Origin: a virus
Lineage: Duplodnaviria > Caudoviricetes
Direction: 5' to 3' (one strand)
Virus record (IMG/VR): IMGVR_UViG_3300037458_001109
Coordinates: 1-45,841 of that record
DNA: 45,841 nucleotides
The position numbers and the translations under genes are program-made. A model generated the notes under the pieces. The model was not told where the DNA came from, made no database searches, and saw only the letters and a list, made by a program, of their open reading frames with translations. Of this stretch, positions 8,324 to 16,672 are shown piece by piece (the first letter of the stretch is position 1; each line of letters starts with the position of its first letter).

Positions 8324-8620
8324 CTAGTTGCTGTTCTTGCGGTGCTCGGATTTCTCCGGCTGAACAGTGTGCCCTTCTTCCAGCACCATAGGCGTTGCCG
8401 TGACCAGTAGCCCAGCACAGCAGGCCTCGTGGTCGACGGGGGCGCTGAACGTCAGGATCCCGCGGGATTCGCCTTCCCCGTTCTCGTCCGGTGTCAGCAA
8501 GTCCAGCACCACCACAGCGTGCAGGATGTGCGCTTTGGGGTGGTCCTTCTGCACCTCCAGCACGATGTTGGTGAGGTAGTCGGGAAGGTCTACGGTCATC
8601 AGTTCTTTTGTCATGGTCAT
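8324..8620 (-). CDS. hypothetical protein
   Basis: AAGGA RBS, ATGA overlap. Confidence 0.6.
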   Translation of the reverse strand: MTMTKELMTVDLPDYLTNIVLEVQKDHPKAHILHAVVVLDLLTPDENGEGESRGILTFSAPVDHEACCAGLLVTATPMVLEEGHTVQPEKSEHRKNSN

Positions 8621-9084
8621 TCCTTGTTGAAGTCGAACGTTGCCAGCACCTCGCGCCTGTCGTGCGGTTCGAGCTCTTTCCAGCGCTCGCGCACCACGTG
8701 CGACAGTAGGGCCTCAAGCCCTGCTTGGTCGGAGAGGAGGAACTCGATGATTTCGCTCTCTCCTACCGGGTTCGCGTCAGCACGCTCCAGCACGTTGTAA
8801 CAGGCGCTCTCGAGCTCGCTGAGTTCTTCGGGGGTCAGCTGCGCCACTGTCTTGAACAGTCTCGGCTCGCCGATGCCTTTGCCGGCCACTTCGTGCGGCA
8901 CGATGTTGAGGCGGAACACGCCTACCGGCAGTGTCCCTTCGAAGTAGTCGGTCGTCGCGTGGAAGCCCTTGCAGGTAGCGATGTTCCTGTAGCCGACCCA
9001 CCTGCCGTAGGCTTCCTTGTTGTCGTCACTGATAACCTTGATGCGATGGTTGCCTTTGTTGTCGTACTCGTGAATGACTCGCAT
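8617..9084 (-). CDS. hypothetical protein
   Basis: AAAGGAG RBS, 155 aa. Confidence 0.7.
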   Translation of the reverse strand: MRVIHEYDNKGNHRIKVISDDNKEAYGRWVGYRNIATCKGFHATTDYFEGTLPVGVFRLNIVPHEVAGKGIGEPRLFKTVAQLTPEELSELESACYNVLERADANPVGESEIIEFLLSDQAGLEALLSHVVRERWKELEPHDRREVLATFDFNKE

Positions 9085-9102
9085 AGCTCAGCTCCTTTCT
9101 AG

Positions 9103-9381
9103 TTAGCGCCACCCGATCTGCTTGGAAATGTCGCCGGGGAGGTACCCCAGCTGGTCGTCTTCTGCCAGTACGATTGCAAACGGCTCTCCGTCTTCCTCGT
9201 CCTCGAGGACGTGCGCAGTGCAGTCGATCGAGTACAGGAAGGGGTAGTTGGGTTGGTGTGCGAAGAACACCGGCAGACTGTCCGGATGCCCTTCTAGCTC
9301 CGACACCAGTTCGCGAAGCTCGCCGAGGGTCAGTCCACCTTCACCGCGCCTCAGTTCTTCCTTCATGTCTTCGGCTCTCAT
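9103..9381 (-). CDS. hypothetical acidic protein
   Basis: AAGGAG RBS; LTLGELRELV...V..AHQPNYP pattern common in small phage early proteins. Confidence 0.7.
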   Translation of the reverse strand: MRAEDMKEELRRGEGGLTLGELRELVSELEGHPDSLPVFFAHQPNYPFLYSIDCTAHVLEDEEDGEPFAIVLAEDDQLGYLPGDISKQIGWR

Positions 9382-9400
9382 GATTGCTGTCTCCTTAGTT

Positions 9401-9991
9401 TTAGAAAGCGCCGAGTTCCTCGGCAAAGTAGCAGGCGATGTCGTCTTCGAACTCTTCGTAGAAGTCGTCCTTGTCTTCCGCTTCCGCGTAGTCGTCCGAG
9501 TATTCTTCGCGGGTCTTTTCGCGTGCAGCCGTGTACGCCCCTTTTAGGTCTTTACGCGCCTCCTTCGGCGAAGCCTCTAGCACTGCGCCGAGGGCTCCTA
9601 TTGCATCGTGCCATTCGACCGCTTGACGAGCTACTGTCTCGATCTTTTCGGCGGTGTAAAGGCCCTTCAGTGCCTCGCGCAGTTTCGGCAGGAGCACTTC
9701 GTCGAACGTCCTGAGGTCTGCAGCCGTTTGAAGAGCAGCTCGCTGGCGTTTGCAGAAGGCCTCGAAGTCGCTCTCCATGCGCTCCCGCCACGTAGCCTCG
9801 AACGTCTCGACTGAGGGGACGATCCACGCCATGTGGGAATAGTTGTTCTCGCCGTAGTAGTTGCGGACGTCTACGCTCCCGTCGGCCCGCTTACCGAAGA
9901 CGTTTACGACGAACGTCTCACTCCGTTTGAAGACGTCTCCCGTTTCGGGGTTGGTCTTCTCGAACGTCAGATTGATCGTGTTTGTTTTCAT
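9401..9991 (-). CDS. hypothetical protein with very acidic C-terminus
   Basis: GGAG RBS; tail EEYSDDYAEAEDKDDFYEEFEDD. Confidence 0.7.
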   Translation of the reverse strand: MKTNTINLTFEKTNPETGDVFKRSETFVVNVFGKRADGSVDVRNYYGENNYSHMAWIVPSVETFEATWRERMESDFEAFCKRQRAALQTAADLRTFDEVLLPKLREALKGLYTAEKIETVARQAVEWHDAIGALGAVLEASPKEARKDLKGAYTAAREKTREEYSDDYAEAEDKDDFYEEFEDDIACYFAEELGAF

Positions 9992-10012
9992 TGCTATCTC
10001 CGTCATGAGTTG

Positions 10013-10132
10013 TTACTCGTCGAAAGTAGGAGGGCGGCGCACTCGTTCGTCACCAGACCGAACAATGCACCACCCCCAAAACGCTAGACAGCCCCACAGC
10101 ACTCCTAGCAAGAACGCGGTGAGGAGGGACAT
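10013..10132 (-). CDS. 39-aa single-pass membrane peptide
   Basis: Manual translation MSLLTAFLLGVLWGCLAFWGWCIVRSGDERVRRPPTFDE; AAGGA RBS; fills the intergenic gap. Confidence 0.55.
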   Translation of the reverse strand: MSLLTAFLLGVLWGCLAFWGWCIVRSGDERVRRPPTFDE

Positions 10133-10133
10133 G

Positions 10134-10235
10134 CTAGTCCTTCCACACCATCCACAGCAACGTTATCGCGGCGCCGACACTGCACAGCACTGCGGCCGCG
10201 TCGCTCAGGCTTAGTTGAACCCACCAGGTAAGCAT
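10134..10235 (-). CDS. 33-aa membrane peptide
   Basis: Manual translation MLTWWVQLSLSDAAAVLCSVGAAITLLWMVWKD; AAGGAG RBS 6 nt upstream. Confidence 0.6.
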   Translation of the reverse strand: MLTWWVQLSLSDAAAVLCSVGAAITLLWMVWKD

Positions 10236-10258
10236 CTTCTGCTCCTTGTTTAGAAGGC

Positions 10259-10294
10259 GAAGCCCGCGTGCCTAGTGACCGACACGCGGGCTTC
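10259..10294 (-). terminator. 12-bp stem-loop downstream of the histone-like gene
   Basis: GAAGCCCGCGTG / CACGCGGGCTTC; weak U tract. Confidence 0.55.
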
Positions 10295-10325
10295 TCAGCA
10301 CCCGCACGACAGTAGGTGAGTTGGG

Positions 10326-10724
10326 TTACAGCGGAGCCGCTTCCGCGACCGGGGTGGCCTTCGCCTTCGGCTTGGACGGCGCGACCTTCTTCACCACGGC
10401 CTTCTTCGCCGGGGCGGCCTTCTTCGCCGGGGCGGCCTTCGCCTTCTTCGCCGGGGCGGCCTTCGCCTTCTTCGCCGGGGCGGCCTTCGCTTTCTTCGCC
10501 GGGGCGGCCTTCTTCGCCGTGGGCTTGGACGGCCCCACTTTGAAGATCTGGTACCAGCACGCTGCCGTCGACTCGGCCGTGCCGAGTTTCATGAACTTCT
10601 TCAGCACGTCCTGGCGCTCGGCCTTCGGGTTGTCGTCGAACAGCTTGTGGGCTTTCTCGACGAGGGTTCCTTTGCGGTGGCCTTTGTAGCCGGCATCGGA
10701 GGTGGTGGTTTGTTTCGCAGCCAT
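10326..10724 (-). CDS. histone H1-like protein (globular N-domain + AAPAKK repeats)
   Basis: AAAAGGAG RBS; C-terminal AKKAAPAKKAKAAPAKK... repeats like AlgP/Hc2/H1 tails. Confidence 0.8.
   Translation of the reverse strand: MAAKQTTTSDAGYKGHRKGTLVEKAHKLFDDNPKAERQDVLKKFMKLGTAESTAACWYQIFKVGPSKPTAKKAAPAKKAKAAPAKKAKAAPAKKAKAAPAKKAAPAKKAVVKKVAPSKPKAKATPVAEAAPL
10399..10519. repeat. coding tandem repeat, five copies of TTCTTCGCCGGGGCGGCC (18/24-nt period)
   Basis: Copies start at 10402, 10420, 10444, 10468, 10492. Confidence 0.9.
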
Positions 10725-10815
10725 GGTGAATCTCCTTTTCGGTTGGTTGGGTGCTGCACGTCGCAGCGTATAAGGGACTGCCTGGTAGGGCAATCCCTTA
10801 GGTCGATGCGTGGTG

Positions 10816-11133
10816 CTACTCGATGACCGCAGGCCGCTTCCTGGCCTTGCGCCCTTTTGGTCTGGTGTGCGGGGCAGGCAAGCACCGGTCGAACTTGCCC
10901 TCCGTCAGCCAGTTGAAGCCGGCTTGCGTGAGGAAGTGGTGCCCGTGGTCGGTGACACCGATCAGTCCCTCACGCTTCAGCTGCCACAGCATTGTGAGGA
11001 TGCTGTCGCGCTTGAAGTCCGGCTTGAGACAGTCGGCTACCACCGCCTCGTGGGTGCATTGGCCGGGATGCGTGGCGACGCTCTCCAGCACAGCCGCCCG
11101 GTGATCCGTTGCCCAGCGACGCGGTCTAGACAT
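10816..11133 (-). CDS. winged-helix-like DNA-binding protein
   Basis: SILTMLWQLKREGLI...HFLTQAG is a typical recognition-helix plus wing pattern. Confidence 0.55.
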   Translation of the reverse strand: MSRPRRWATDHRAAVLESVATHPGQCTHEAVVADCLKPDFKRDSILTMLWQLKREGLIGVTDHGHHFLTQAGFNWLTEGKFDRCLPAPHTRPKGRKARKRPAVIE

Positions 11134-11329
11134 TGCTGGTCTCCCGGCAGACGTCGTCGTCGCTGAAGCCCCCTTCTTCTCGCAGGCGGCGCTGTTTCAC
11201 TGCCTGGTCGGCCACGCTGGCCGCATCTATTGCCGAAGGCAGGCGGCCGGCGTCGGATCCCTGCGTCTGCATTGCGGTGCAGAATGTAATGCTCCAGAAC
11301 TTCATCTCACGTTCGTTTTTGAATCTCAT
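11126..11329 (-). CDS. hypothetical protein
   Basis: AAAAGGAG RBS before ATG 11329. Confidence 0.65.
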   Translation of the reverse strand: MRFKNEREMKFWSITFCTAMQTQGSDAGRLPSAIDAASVADQAVKQRRLREEGGFSDDDVCRETSNV

Positions 11330-11523
11330 GACTGCTCCTTTTTGGTAAAGTCCACACCCTGCTGGATCGCCTGGGACCGGATTGCGTCGGCGATGTACTT
11401 CAACATCGTCGTCTCTTCTGGCAGGTGCCAGGAGTACGACGTTGCCCACCGCACCGCCTTGTATAGAAGCTTGGCGTTGCGAGGGGCGAGAAACAGCTCC
11501 ACTTTGATTTGCGTGTCCGACAT
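11326..11523 (-). CDS. hypothetical protein
   Basis: AGGAG RBS; ATGA overlap. Confidence 0.65.
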   Translation of the reverse strand: MSDTQIKVELFLAPRNAKLLYKAVRWATSYSWHLPEETTMLKYIADAIRSQAIQQGVDFTKKEQS

Positions 11524-11532
11524 GGCTTTCTC

Positions 11533-11799
11533 CTACTTGAACCGCAGTTGGTGACACACAGCACGGCCTCCGCTGTCCGACCCCTGGAGACGCCCCATGT
11601 CGTCGACGCGCGCCTTGTCGTCGCCGATGATGACGTAGACGTCAGCGCTGGTGCCGATCACCGGAGGCTTGCCGCTGTTGCGCTTCCACTCGGCCTTTGC
11701 CTCTTCGATCGTCTTGCCACGCCCCCAATAGTGTGACCCGACGCACAGGTAGCAGAACAGGGACGTTTGGATCTGGTCGTTCTTCTTGCCTTTGGACAT
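11533..11799 (-). CDS. hypothetical protein
   Basis: AGGAG RBS; WGRGKTIEEAK motif. Confidence 0.65.
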   Translation of the reverse strand: MSKGKKNDQIQTSLFCYLCVGSHYWGRGKTIEEAKAEWKRNSGKPPVIGTSADVYVIIGDDKARVDDMGRLQGSDSGGRAVCHQLRFK

Positions 11800-11808
11800 G
11801 TCTGTCTC

Positions 11809-12105
11809 CTATGCTTTGCGGAGGAGCTGGCCGGCTTCGATGCTTGCGCCGTAGTTCCCCATGTCGTAGTTGGCCATCACAAACTCACGCAGGTCGAGGG
11901 CCCCATCGAAATGCGTTTTGAAGCCGCCCAGCGGGATGACGCCTGCCACCATGCGGCTGTGATCGTGGAACAGCACGCGGCGAAGTTCGCCGTCGAACTT
12001 GGCTGTCACCACTTGCCCTTCTGCGGTGTAGCGCCTGCCGGTGTTGAACTGGATGGCAAGCACTGTGGGGCTTGCCTCGAGGATGGCGATGTGTACGTCA
12101 AGCAT
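11809..12105 (-). CDS. hypothetical protein
   Basis: GAGGAG RBS before ATG 12105; FNTGRRYTAEGQ...F.DHSR. Confidence 0.7.
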   Translation of the reverse strand: MLDVHIAILEASPTVLAIQFNTGRRYTAEGQVVTAKFDGELRRVLFHDHSRMVAGVIPLGGFKTHFDGALDLREFVMANYDMGNYGASIEAGQLLRKA

Positions 12106-12115
12106 GTTTCTCTCC

Positions 12116-12736
12116 TCAGCAGTAGTAGGGACGTTGCGTGGGGTAGTCGCACCCGGGGTGGCGCTCGAGGCGCACTCGCAGCGCGCCTTCGCACAGCACG
12201 CTACCGATGTCTCCGTAGGACCCCCTTTCTTTGTTGCGCGCGCTGGCGATGCGCTGCCACTTCTCGAGTGCCTCGGCCGCGTTGTCGGGGCTGAAGAACG
12301 TGCCCAGGCACTCCTGGAACACGCCGTAGTCGTACCACCAGCCCCCTTCTTCGGGGCCACCGTACGCCCTGTTGGTCATGTAGACGTTCAGGAACAGCAT
12401 CGGCTTCTTGTTTTTCTCCAGCCACTGTTGCTCCTGCTTCGCTTGCCACGCTTCCGCGCGCGCCACCAGCATGTGGTACATCATGCGAGCTTCTTCGAAG
12501 TTGTAGATGCCGTACTTCCTCGCGATCGCCTGCCGGCGTTTGCGGAAGGAGTAGGAGACAGCCTCGTATGCGTCGCTGCCATAGTGCTCGGTCATCGGGT
12601 CGTGGAAGGCGTCCTCCTCGTCCTCGTAGGACTTGTCGATCGCGTCCATGTACGCCCTCAGCCGCAGGATCTTGCGGCGCTCCTTCTTGTTGAGGGGGCG
12701 CACCACTCCGTCGTAGAACTCGTCGAATCGTTTCAT
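12116..12736 (-). CDS. hypothetical protein
   Basis: GGAG RBS; C-terminal NVY...AYGGPEEGGWWYD...RPYY pattern. Confidence 0.75.
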   Translation of the reverse strand: MKRFDEFYDGVVRPLNKKERRKILRLRAYMDAIDKSYEDEEDAFHDPMTEHYGSDAYEAVSYSFRKRRQAIARKYGIYNFEEARMMYHMLVARAEAWQAKQEQQWLEKNKKPMLFLNVYMTNRAYGGPEEGGWWYDYGVFQECLGTFFSPDNAAEALEKWQRIASARNKERGSYGDIGSVLCEGALRVRLERHPGCDYPTQRPYYC

Positions 12737-12747
12737 CGTCATCTCCA

Positions 12748-12981
12748 TCACAGTTTGGTAGGTTGCTGGACAAACTCAACGACGCCGAAGTACTCCCGGC
12801 GAACGGCTGTGCCGTTTTGGTACACGTCAGTCATTTCGCCGTCGATGACGTGGACCTCTCCCAGCCTGTTCGACGACAACGAAACTGCTACCAGGAGTGC
12901 GTCCGCACAGTTGTTGGTTGTGCATTCGCACCGCTTCGTTTGGTTGTCGGCGTAGTAGGCGACAATTCGTTGCTTGCTCAT
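12748..12981 (-). CDS. hypothetical protein
   Basis: AAAGGAG RBS before ATG 12981. Confidence 0.65.
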   Translation of the reverse strand: MSKQRIVAYYADNQTKRCECTTNNCADALLVAVSLSSNRLGEVHVIDGEMTDVYQNGTAVRREYFGVVEFVQQPTKL

Positions 12982-12983
12982 CT

Positions 12984-13178
12984 TCACTCTCCTTTGGGGT
13001 TGTCGGCTTTGGCGCGTTCGATTGCCTCTTTCCACACGACCCCGCTGGCGCCGTCCCACTCACCAACGTGGAAGGCGCAGCAGATGTCCTTGTCCCCTTC
13101 GAACTTCACATCCGGCTTCACTGCCTTGCAGGCGCGCTTCCAGCCGGCGTAGGTCTCGTAGGTCTTGTCGATTGCCAT
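12984..13178 (-). CDS. hypothetical protein, first gene of the leftward operon
   Basis: GGAG RBS before ATG 13178; MAIDKTYETYAGWKRACK. Confidence 0.7.
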   Translation of the reverse strand: MAIDKTYETYAGWKRACKAVKPDVKFEGDKDICCAFHVGEWDGASGVVWKEAIERAKADNPKGE

Positions 13179-13199
13179 TTTCATCTCCATCACAGTTAT

Positions 13200-13815
13200 G
13201 GGAATGGTGCTTGCGCACCGATCTGCGGGCCAGTAGTAAGTGTTGGTCTGCAGATCGCTGCGCAAATGTGCAGCGTAGAAACCGCTCAGGTATGCTAGTG
13301 CGCTTGGTGTCCCGTCTTCCTGCCTCTGGCCGTTCCTTGCGAAGCCAGCTCTGCTTACAGGCGTCAAAAACCCCACCGCTTGGTAGAGGCCCCCAGTGCG
13401 CTGTTGTTTGCGCGACAGTAGAGCCGTCACCCTGTACGGGTCTGGTTGTACGGCACAACGTTGCCTTGAGGGAGCCTGATCGGCGTAAGTGGCGTGACGT
13501 TGTGCGCGTCGCTGGGTTGCTGATCCCAGCCCTGAGGCGTGCTGTTGTGCAGTGTGCCAATCTCGCGCAGTCGGTTACACAAGGACGAAAGCGCGAGCAC
13601 ATACACGACGGCCTACCCGTCAGTTGCGGCCTGCTGCACCTGTATGCCATCGGTCACCGTAGTGGCCAGCGCAGTGTGCAGAGGTTGTCGGGTTGCTCTA
13701 GCTGGTGTGCGGGGGACCTTTGATCTCCGGGGGCTCTTGACCTCGGCCTATTCCCCCGGCGCCGCTGCAAACCTTAATCAGCACACTCAGCTAGCACTAC
13801 ACAACACAACAACAG
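13200..13815 (-). ncRNA. candidate long structured leader / ncRNA (~600 nt)
   Basis: No credible CDS; many nested stems; lies between an extended -10 promoter and the first early gene. Confidence 0.5.
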
Positions 13816-13820
13816 CCCAA

Positions 13821-13851
13821 ATTGTAGCAAAGGGGCGGGAATGGCGTGCAA
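13821..13851 (-). promoter_or_regulatory. leftward sigma70-type promoter (extended -10)
   Basis: Minus strand TTGCAC-N19-TACAAT with TGn extension (TGCTACAAT); A/T tracts upstream. Confidence 0.6.
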
Positions 13852-13920
13852 ACGGAAAAAAGGCACTGTAAACCAGTGTTTTTAGGGTGGTTTTTACCAC
13901 CTATGCCCGTGGGGAAACCG

Positions 13921-13949
13921 TTGACCAACACTAACAATGCCTCTAGCGT
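13921..13949 (+). promoter_or_regulatory. rightward sigma70-like promoter for the terminase/late operon
   Basis: TTGACC-N17-TAGCGT, 44 nt before the terS ATG. Confidence 0.5.
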
Positions 13950-13992
13950 GCTCAACGTCTATGCAAACAGCATACCAGTAGGAGGTGCCTCA

Positions 13993-14541
13993 ATGTCACG
14001 ACCCAACCTCAAGAAGAAGACCAGGCCGAAGGTGAACTGGCCAGGCAACAGACTGCCGTTGGGCTTTCGCTTCAACTCCGCGCGAGGCGACAAGCACACG
14101 CCAACAGACTTCCTTCGTTACCAAGTCACGGTGATGGCCGCCATTGGCATCCGCCGAGACACGATGTGCAGCATCCTCGGCATCTCCGAGCCGACGCTGG
14201 ACAAGTACTACCGCAAGGAGTATGAAGCCGGCAAAGACCAGGCCAATGCTCTCGTCGCCTCGAGGCTGTGGGAGACCGCAGTCTTCGGCCTCGGCAAGGA
14301 ACACGTCACCGCAGCCATCTTTTGGTTAAAGACACAGGCTCGGTGGAAGGAAACTGTCGCCAACGAACTGAGTGGCCCCAATGGCACGCCCATCCCTATC
14401 GAAGAAACCAACCGGCTTACCGACGAAGAAAGAGCTAATCGCCTTCTTCAAATCCTTAACGCCGCAGCAGCTGGCGGACCTGGACAAGCTGATCCTGTCC
14501 GATCGACGCGTCTGGCTTCCAAATCCAGGTCCTCAGACTAA
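13993..14541 (+). CDS. terS: terminase small subunit
   Basis: GGAGG RBS; HTH (SILGISEPTLDKYY), AAIFWLKT..RWKE, ELSGPNGTPI; directly upstream of terL. Confidence 0.85.
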   Translation: MSRPNLKKKTRPKVNWPGNRLPLGFRFNSARGDKHTPTDFLRYQVTVMAAIGIRRDTMCSILGISEPTLDKYYRKEYEAGKDQANALVASRLWETAVFGLGKEHVTAAIFWLKTQARWKETVANELSGPNGTPIPIEETNRLTDEERANRLLQILNAAAAGGPGQADPVRSTRLASKSRSSD

Positions 14542-16000
14542 GGGCTACTACTCCTCGGCCGACCAGCTCTTCTACGGCGGCCAGGCAGGAGGCGGCAAGA
14601 CCGATCTGCTGCTGGGTCTATCCGCAACGCAGCACCACGAGAGCATCATCTTCAGGCGGGAGTACCCGCAACTGCGCGGTATCGAACGTCGTCTCAAGAC
14701 ACTCTTCGTCCCCCACCATGCGGATTACAACAAGGTGGACAAGGTGGTGGAGTTCAAGGATGGCCGCATCCTAGAGCTCGGTGCCGTACAGCACTTCGAC
14801 GATCGCGAGAAGTACCAGGGTCGCCCCCACGACCTCAAGGCGTTCGACGAGATCACCCACTTTCTCGAACTCCAGTACAGGTACCTCATTGGCTGGAACC
14901 GCACGACACGCTATGGCCAGCGCACGCGAGTAGTCTGCGCAGGCAACCCACCAACGTCAGCAGATGGCCGGTGGGTGATCCAGTACTGGGCGCCCTGGAT
15001 CGACGACAAGTACCCGAATCCGAAGGAGCCAGGAGAGCTCGCGTGGTTCGTGACCGATGACGAGGGACGCGACACCGAAGTGGAAGGTCCAGGAGAGTAC
15101 ACGTTCAAAGGTGAGACGTACGAAGCCCACAGTCGCACGTTCCTCCCCTCCAGCATCGACGACAACCCCTACCTCAACGCAGCCTACAAGGCAACACTGT
15201 CCTCGCTCCCAGAGCCCCTTCGGTCACAACTGCTGAAAGGCGACTTCAGAGCAGGCATCGAGGATGCGGAGTACCAGCTGATCCCCACCGATTGGGTACG
15301 CCAAGCACAGCGGCGTTGGAGAGAGCGCAAAGAGCCCACTCACCTGCCTGTGCAACAGCTTGGCGTGGACGTGGCCAGAGGTGGTCGAGACAACACGGTG
15401 CTGACCAAACGCAAAGGCAACTACTTTCTGCCCCAAGAAGTACACAAGGGCGTGACGACCAAAGATGGTCAGGCGGTGGCCACTCTGGCTCTCAAAGGCT
15501 CGACCATTGGTAAGACCATCGTCGTAATCGACGCGACAGGCGTAGGCAGCAGCCCACTGGACTTCCTTCGCGAGAACAATGTGCGCGTCATCGCCTACGT
15601 GGCCGCACAAGGCACCGACGCACTAGACAAGACCAACAACTTCGGATTCGCCAACCTCCGATCGGAAAGCTACTGGCGTCTGCGTGAGGCTCTCGATCCC
15701 ACTTCCGGTGAGGATTTGGCAATCCCAGACGAGCCACAACTGCTGGCCGACTTAACGGCACCCACCTTCAAGCTGTCGTCTCGAGGCGTGCAGGTGGAGA
15801 GCAAGGACGACATCAAGAAGCGCATCGGCCGATCCACTGACTTCGGAGACTCGCTGGTCTATGCACACTGCAACCCCAACATTCCAGGCCAGGGGGTGTG
15901 GGACTTCTTTCAGCAACAGGTGGAAGTGCAGAGCATCCGAGAAGCACTGGCCGCAACCAACCCCGACCCTAACGACAAGGCAGGAGTATTCAGACGATGA
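14381..16000 (+). CDS. terL: terminase large subunit
   Basis: Walker A YGGQAGGGKT, Walker B AFDEITHF, AGNP, nuclease GVDVARGGRD, RSTDFGDS; start uncertain (14372 GTG or 14381 ATG). Confidence 0.95.
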   Translation: MARPSLSKKPTGLPTKKELIAFFKSLTPQQLADLDKLILSDRRVWLPNPGPQTKGYYSSADQLFYGGQAGGGKTDLLLGLSATQHHESIIFRREYPQLRGIERRLKTLFVPHHADYNKVDKVVEFKDGRILELGAVQHFDDREKYQGRPHDLKAFDEITHFLELQYRYLIGWNRTTRYGQRTRVVCAGNPPTSADGRWVIQYWAPWIDDKYPNPKEPGELAWFVTDDEGRDTEVEGPGEYTFKGETYEAHSRTFLPSSIDDNPYLNAAYKATLSSLPEPLRSQLLKGDFRAGIEDAEYQLIPTDWVRQAQRRWRERKEPTHLPVQQLGVDVARGGRDNTVLTKRKGNYFLPQEVHKGVTTKDGQAVATLALKGSTIGKTIVVIDATGVGSSPLDFLRENNVRVIAYVAAQGTDALDKTNNFGFANLRSESYWRLREALDPTSGEDLAIPDEPQLLADLTAPTFKLSSRGVQVESKDDIKKRIGRSTDFGDSLVYAHCNPNIPGQGVWDFFQQQVEVQSIREALAATNPDPNDKAGVFRR

Positions 16001-16596
16001 GCGCATCCGAACTTCTCCCTCAACTGCTGGCCGCTCGCAAAGCCGACGAGGAGGCCAAAGCACTGCACAATGATTCCCTGGTGGATTTGATCACGCAGTA
16101 CCGATCGGCACTGGCGCTCGAAAAGGGCTGGGTTGCGCACGCTTGCCCGAGACGCCATGAGGCACCATATGGCCAGAATGGTCTCGAGACCAACTCTACG
16201 CCGGATTGGTGGGAGACCGACAGCTGGACAGGAAACAACTATGGCCACCTGTCAGAGCACATGGCCAGCAACTCCTGGCCAATCAATGCAAAGGAGCCTC
16301 GTACCTGTTCCTACTGCGGCAGCGTGCATCCGGAGGATGCTTTCGCGCTCATCGAGTCTGGCCAGTGGCTGGTCGATCCCACCGACAAGAACTACAAGCT
16401 CTACCTGTCGTTGCTGGCACGCGAGATCTCCCCAGTCCCTTTGGTGAAGCTCTACTTCCAGCACTTCAGCGATTCCGACTGCGACCGATTCATCAAGCTC
16501 TACAACACCAGAGCGATGAAGCTCGGGTACCCTGGCCATTTCTACGTCAGGCCGTTCTTTGTTCAAGCGGTGTTCCCAACCGCTGGCCACGGCTAA
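15997..16596 (+). CDS. hypothetical protein with CSYCGSVH motif
   Basis: ATGA overlap with terL; 199 aa. Confidence 0.7.
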   Translation: MSASELLPQLLAARKADEEAKALHNDSLVDLITQYRSALALEKGWVAHACPRRHEAPYGQNGLETNSTPDWWETDSWTGNNYGHLSEHMASNSWPINAKEPRTCSYCGSVHPEDAFALIESGQWLVDPTDKNYKLYLSLLAREISPVPLVKLYFQHFSDSDCDRFIKLYNTRAMKLGYPGHFYVRPFFVQAVFPTAGHG

Positions 16597-16672
16597 CCAT
16601 TTACACGCATCGTGGCCTTGTCGCACACTAAGGCCAGATTGCGTGCGTGGCTCTCAACACAGGAGGTGGGGA

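Noticed and set aside
12974-13723. ORFs 13060..13650 (-), 12974..13723 (+) and the upstream extension of 12984..13430
   Set aside because: R/C/S-rich random-like translations with no RBS; the good RBS is at the 13178 start
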